This document shows, one piece after another, positions 17,795-20,000 of a stretch of DNA of 20,000 nucleotides. Both the position numbers and the translations under genes were made by a program. Where the stretch lies: the sequence record SRR20825006_2405; one strand, 5' to 3'. A model generated the notes under the pieces. That model made no database searches, had not been told where the DNA came from, and worked only from the letters and a program-made list of their open reading frames with translations. How positions within the stretch are numbered: the stretch's first letter is position 1; each line of letters begins with the position of its first letter.

Positions 17795-18226
17795 TTAATC
17801 CATCCTTTCATATTTGTAGCTGCATCCTTCTATGCAGATAACACTGGTTGGGGATAAAAGAAAGTGGTCATTTTCAAATTCGATATGGAAGGTAATCAAG
17901 CCTTCTTCGTTTTCGGCTACCAGCTCCGTATCTCCACAATCATAATCCAGTACCAGAGTTTCACCATCAAGGATATACCCTTCTTCTTTACATTCTGGGT
18001 AATTGGTCGAAGTGAAACTACCATCAGAAAGGAATTCAATTTCTTCACCATCTTCCACATCTACCCAGTATTGTGGTCCGCCCGAACTAATGTATGCCGC
18101 GGTCAATTTCCATTTTCCTAAAATGGAAGTATCTGTTGGGTTTGGAGTACCATTATTATCGTTGTTACATGCCGAAAATTGACTCAATAATACAATTACG
18201 ACCAAACTCGAGATTAACTTTTCCAT
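17795..18226 (-). CDS. Hypothetical lipoprotein, lipocalin-like beta-barrel
   Basis: Start MEKLISS (18226), a hydrophobic stretch, FSAC lipobox-like site, ILGKWKL (lipocalin GxW motif), IEFLSDGSF and a C-terminal CIEGC. Confidence 0.7.
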   Translation of the reverse strand: MEKLISSLVVIVLLSQFSACNNDNNGTPNPTDTSILGKWKLTAAYISSGGPQYWVDVEDGEEIEFLSDGSFTSTNYPECKEEGYILDGETLVLDYDCGDTELVAENEEGLITFHIEFENDHFLLSPTSVICIEGCSYKYERMD

Positions 18227-18282
18227 AGGTTCCTTTTTGTCTAAAGATGAGGATTTGTCAATTAGTTGCGTCATCCAAGCCT

Positions 18283-19320
18283 CTACTCCAAGTCTTTAAA
18301 GATCCTTGATTCAGTAGTCCCCTTTCGAAAAATATGGTGCTGCGTAGCAGTAAAATAGTCCCTAAAAATCTGATTCAGTAGGTGACCTTCTGTACTGGCC
18401 AAAATTCCCAAACTTGGGTAGACCATCAAAATACTTTGAGAAATCAATTGTACCGATTTAGATGCTTCATGATGAACTCGATTTATGAACTTTTCGGTAA
18501 ACCCGCGGCCTTGTTCAATACCTTCTTCAATTTCTTTGGCATAGTCTATCAACAAGGTATCCGCCCTTTTTAGATTTGAAACGAGTGGGACGGTATATTC
18601 TTCAGACGCGCTTACATTTCTGGCTTCTTCCAGAAAATGCTCTGCCATTCCAACATAATTGACCCACAAAGTAAGATCGGCAAACAACGAAAAATGGATC
18701 TTAAAAATCGGATGTGGCTGATGCACTTGGTTATAGACAAAACTATATTTTTCATGAACCCATTTACTTTCCACTTTAAATGATTCCGTTGCGGTTGCCT
18801 TTAAACCCATAGTTTCCCAATCCCGTATAATTTCTACTTGACTTTTTTCCAATACAAAGGAGCGCACCATGGGCGTACCGTTCTCTTGAAGAATATCATT
18901 GCCATTCTCCTGAATTTTTGCGTTTAATGTGAAATGGGTAAGGTAGGGAGCACCCGTTGCGTATTTCCATGTTCCGGAAATAATATATCCTTCGGAATCC
19001 CTTTCTGCTGTTCCAAAGACGCCGCCGCTTCCCCCAAAACAAACAGGTTTTGCGGCATCGAGAAAAATATCGTCGGCTACCTCCTTTTTTAGATTCCCTA
19101 TAAAAAAATTGGCTCCGCTGCACAGGGTAACCGTCCAGCCAAGGCTACCATCTGTTTTAGCGAGCAATCGAAGTTTTTTCAGACCTTCGGAGAACGACAT
19201 TTCCAGTCCCCCATACTTTTTGGGCACCCAAAGATTCCAAAGGTTTTCTTTGGCTATCCACTCCAACACTTCTTGGCTAAAAATCGGTTTTTTAAAATCC
19301 AACGCATCAAGCTCCTGCAT
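18283..19320 (-). CDS. Acyl-CoA-dehydrogenase-fold protein, flavin-dependent hydroxylase-like (HsaA/HpaH type)
   Basis: Motifs VPKKYGGLE, DGSLGW, ISGTWKYATG, DWETMGLKATATESF and IFRDYFTATQH. The likely ATG at 19320 overlaps the upstream transporter gene by 14 nt. Confidence 0.75.
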   Translation of the reverse strand: MQELDALDFKKPIFSQEVLEWIAKENLWNLWVPKKYGGLEMSFSEGLKKLRLLAKTDGSLGWTVTLCSGANFFIGNLKKEVADDIFLDAAKPVCFGGSGGVFGTAERDSEGYIISGTWKYATGAPYLTHFTLNAKIQENGNDILQENGTPMVRSFVLEKSQVEIIRDWETMGLKATATESFKVESKWVHEKYSFVYNQVHQPHPIFKIHFSLFADLTLWVNYVGMAEHFLEEARNVSASEEYTVPLVSNLKRADTLLIDYAKEIEEGIEQGRGFTEKFINRVHHEASKSVQLISQSILMVYPSLGILASTEGHLLNQIFRDYFTATQHHIFRKGTTESRIFKDLE

Positions 19321-19906
19321 AGGTCTCGCTGTTTTTCTTATCAATGATTTTTTTCCATTTGATGTATCCCGAAATTGCAACGGTGAACAAGAAAGCGGTC
19401 AGCCCTGCGTAGATATACAACTCCTTGTAAATCAATAATGGGATGGAAATAAGGTTACTGATGTTCAAATAGACCCAGTTCTCAATCTTCCGTTTGGCCA
19501 TCAACCACATACCGGCCCATGCAAAAGCGCAGACCACGGCATCCCAATACGGCACATCGGAATCTGTATGTTGCCCTAGCCAATAAGCCATCAAAATAAA
19601 ACAGCCCAGTACAATGCCCCCAGCTATGCCATGCTCCTTTTTGGTGGAATAAGAGATGGGGGCTTCTTGTTTTTGCTTGCCCATCTTCCAATAAAACCAG
19701 CCGTAAATGCTCATGACCAGATAATACATATTGAGCAAGATATCGGCATATAATTGGGATTGATAGAGCACCCAAATACTAATCAAAATCGCGATAATGC
19801 CGAAAAGATAGTTGTGGATATTGTTCTGTCTGGCCAATAACACCTGAACCACCCCAAAAAGGGTTCCGATCCATTGTAACACCACGAGTTGAGAAAAGTA
19901 TTCCAT
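19307..19906 (-). CDS. pnuC: PnuC-family vitamin transporter, probably thiamine-specific (PnuT)
   Basis: 199 aa from MEYFSQL, multi-TM, with PnuC motifs YGWFYW, PYWDA, WLMAKRKIENW and GYIKW. It lies downstream of a TPP riboswitch. Confidence 0.88.
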   Translation of the reverse strand: MEYFSQLVVLQWIGTLFGVVQVLLARQNNIHNYLFGIIAILISIWVLYQSQLYADILLNMYYLVMSIYGWFYWKMGKQKQEAPISYSTKKEHGIAGGIVLGCFILMAYWLGQHTDSDVPYWDAVVCAFAWAGMWLMAKRKIENWVYLNISNLISIPLLIYKELYIYAGLTAFLFTVAISGYIKWKKIIDKKNSETYAGA

Positions 19907-19971
19907 TCTTTTAAGTAACCTATATTTAAAATCATGGGTACCCAAATTGGAATACGGGCAAACTTGCCTAA

Positions 19972-20000
19972 ATCCCTACGCCAGCATTACCTGGATCAGG
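19972..20000 (-). ncRNA. TPP riboswitch (THI-box), 3' half; 5' half outside the window
   Basis: Minus strand CCTGATCCAGGTAATGCTGGCGTAGGGA matches the conserved TPP aptamer P4/P5 core (CCUGAU-stem-UAAU-stem-GCGNAGGGA). P5 pairs CCAG with CTGG. Confidence 0.9.

Noticed and set aside
19307-19906. Nicotinamide riboside transporter function for the PnuC-family gene
   Set aside because: The upstream TPP riboswitch points to thiamine, and there is no adjacent NadR-like kinase gene.

Overview
A Flavobacteriaceae-like (Bacteroidota) chromosomal segment, almost all on the minus strand, made of three modules. (1) 1-11969 is a polysaccharide utilisation locus: a membrane-spanning beta-propeller/Y_Y_Y/LuxR regulator, then susC, susD, a lipoprotein with an Ig-like and two LamG domains, and two tandem GH144-like ('glucoamylase'/DUF3131) lipoproteins, the last cut by the window edge. 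The likely substrate is beta-glucan, most probably beta-1,2-glucan. The susC leader carries phased TGATGTA repeats. (2) 12064-14644 is a candidate DNA-damage/stress module: a YafY-like HTH-WYL regulator plus alkB, divergent from a DinB-family gene plus a small conserved ORF. The intergenic region holds two mirror-image promoters, each TGACA-N6-TGTCA-N11-TAATTTTG, and a palindromic terminator closes the module. (3) 14648-20000 holds an Asp-box/VPS10 protein, a small lipoprotein, and the 3' half of a TPP riboswitch preceding a PnuC-family transporter (likely thiamine, PnuT) that overlaps an acyl-CoA-dehydrogenase-fold, flavin-hydroxylase-like gene. I saw no mobile elements, CRISPR arrays, tRNA or rRNA. 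All family calls come from motif recognition by eye, not from database searches.
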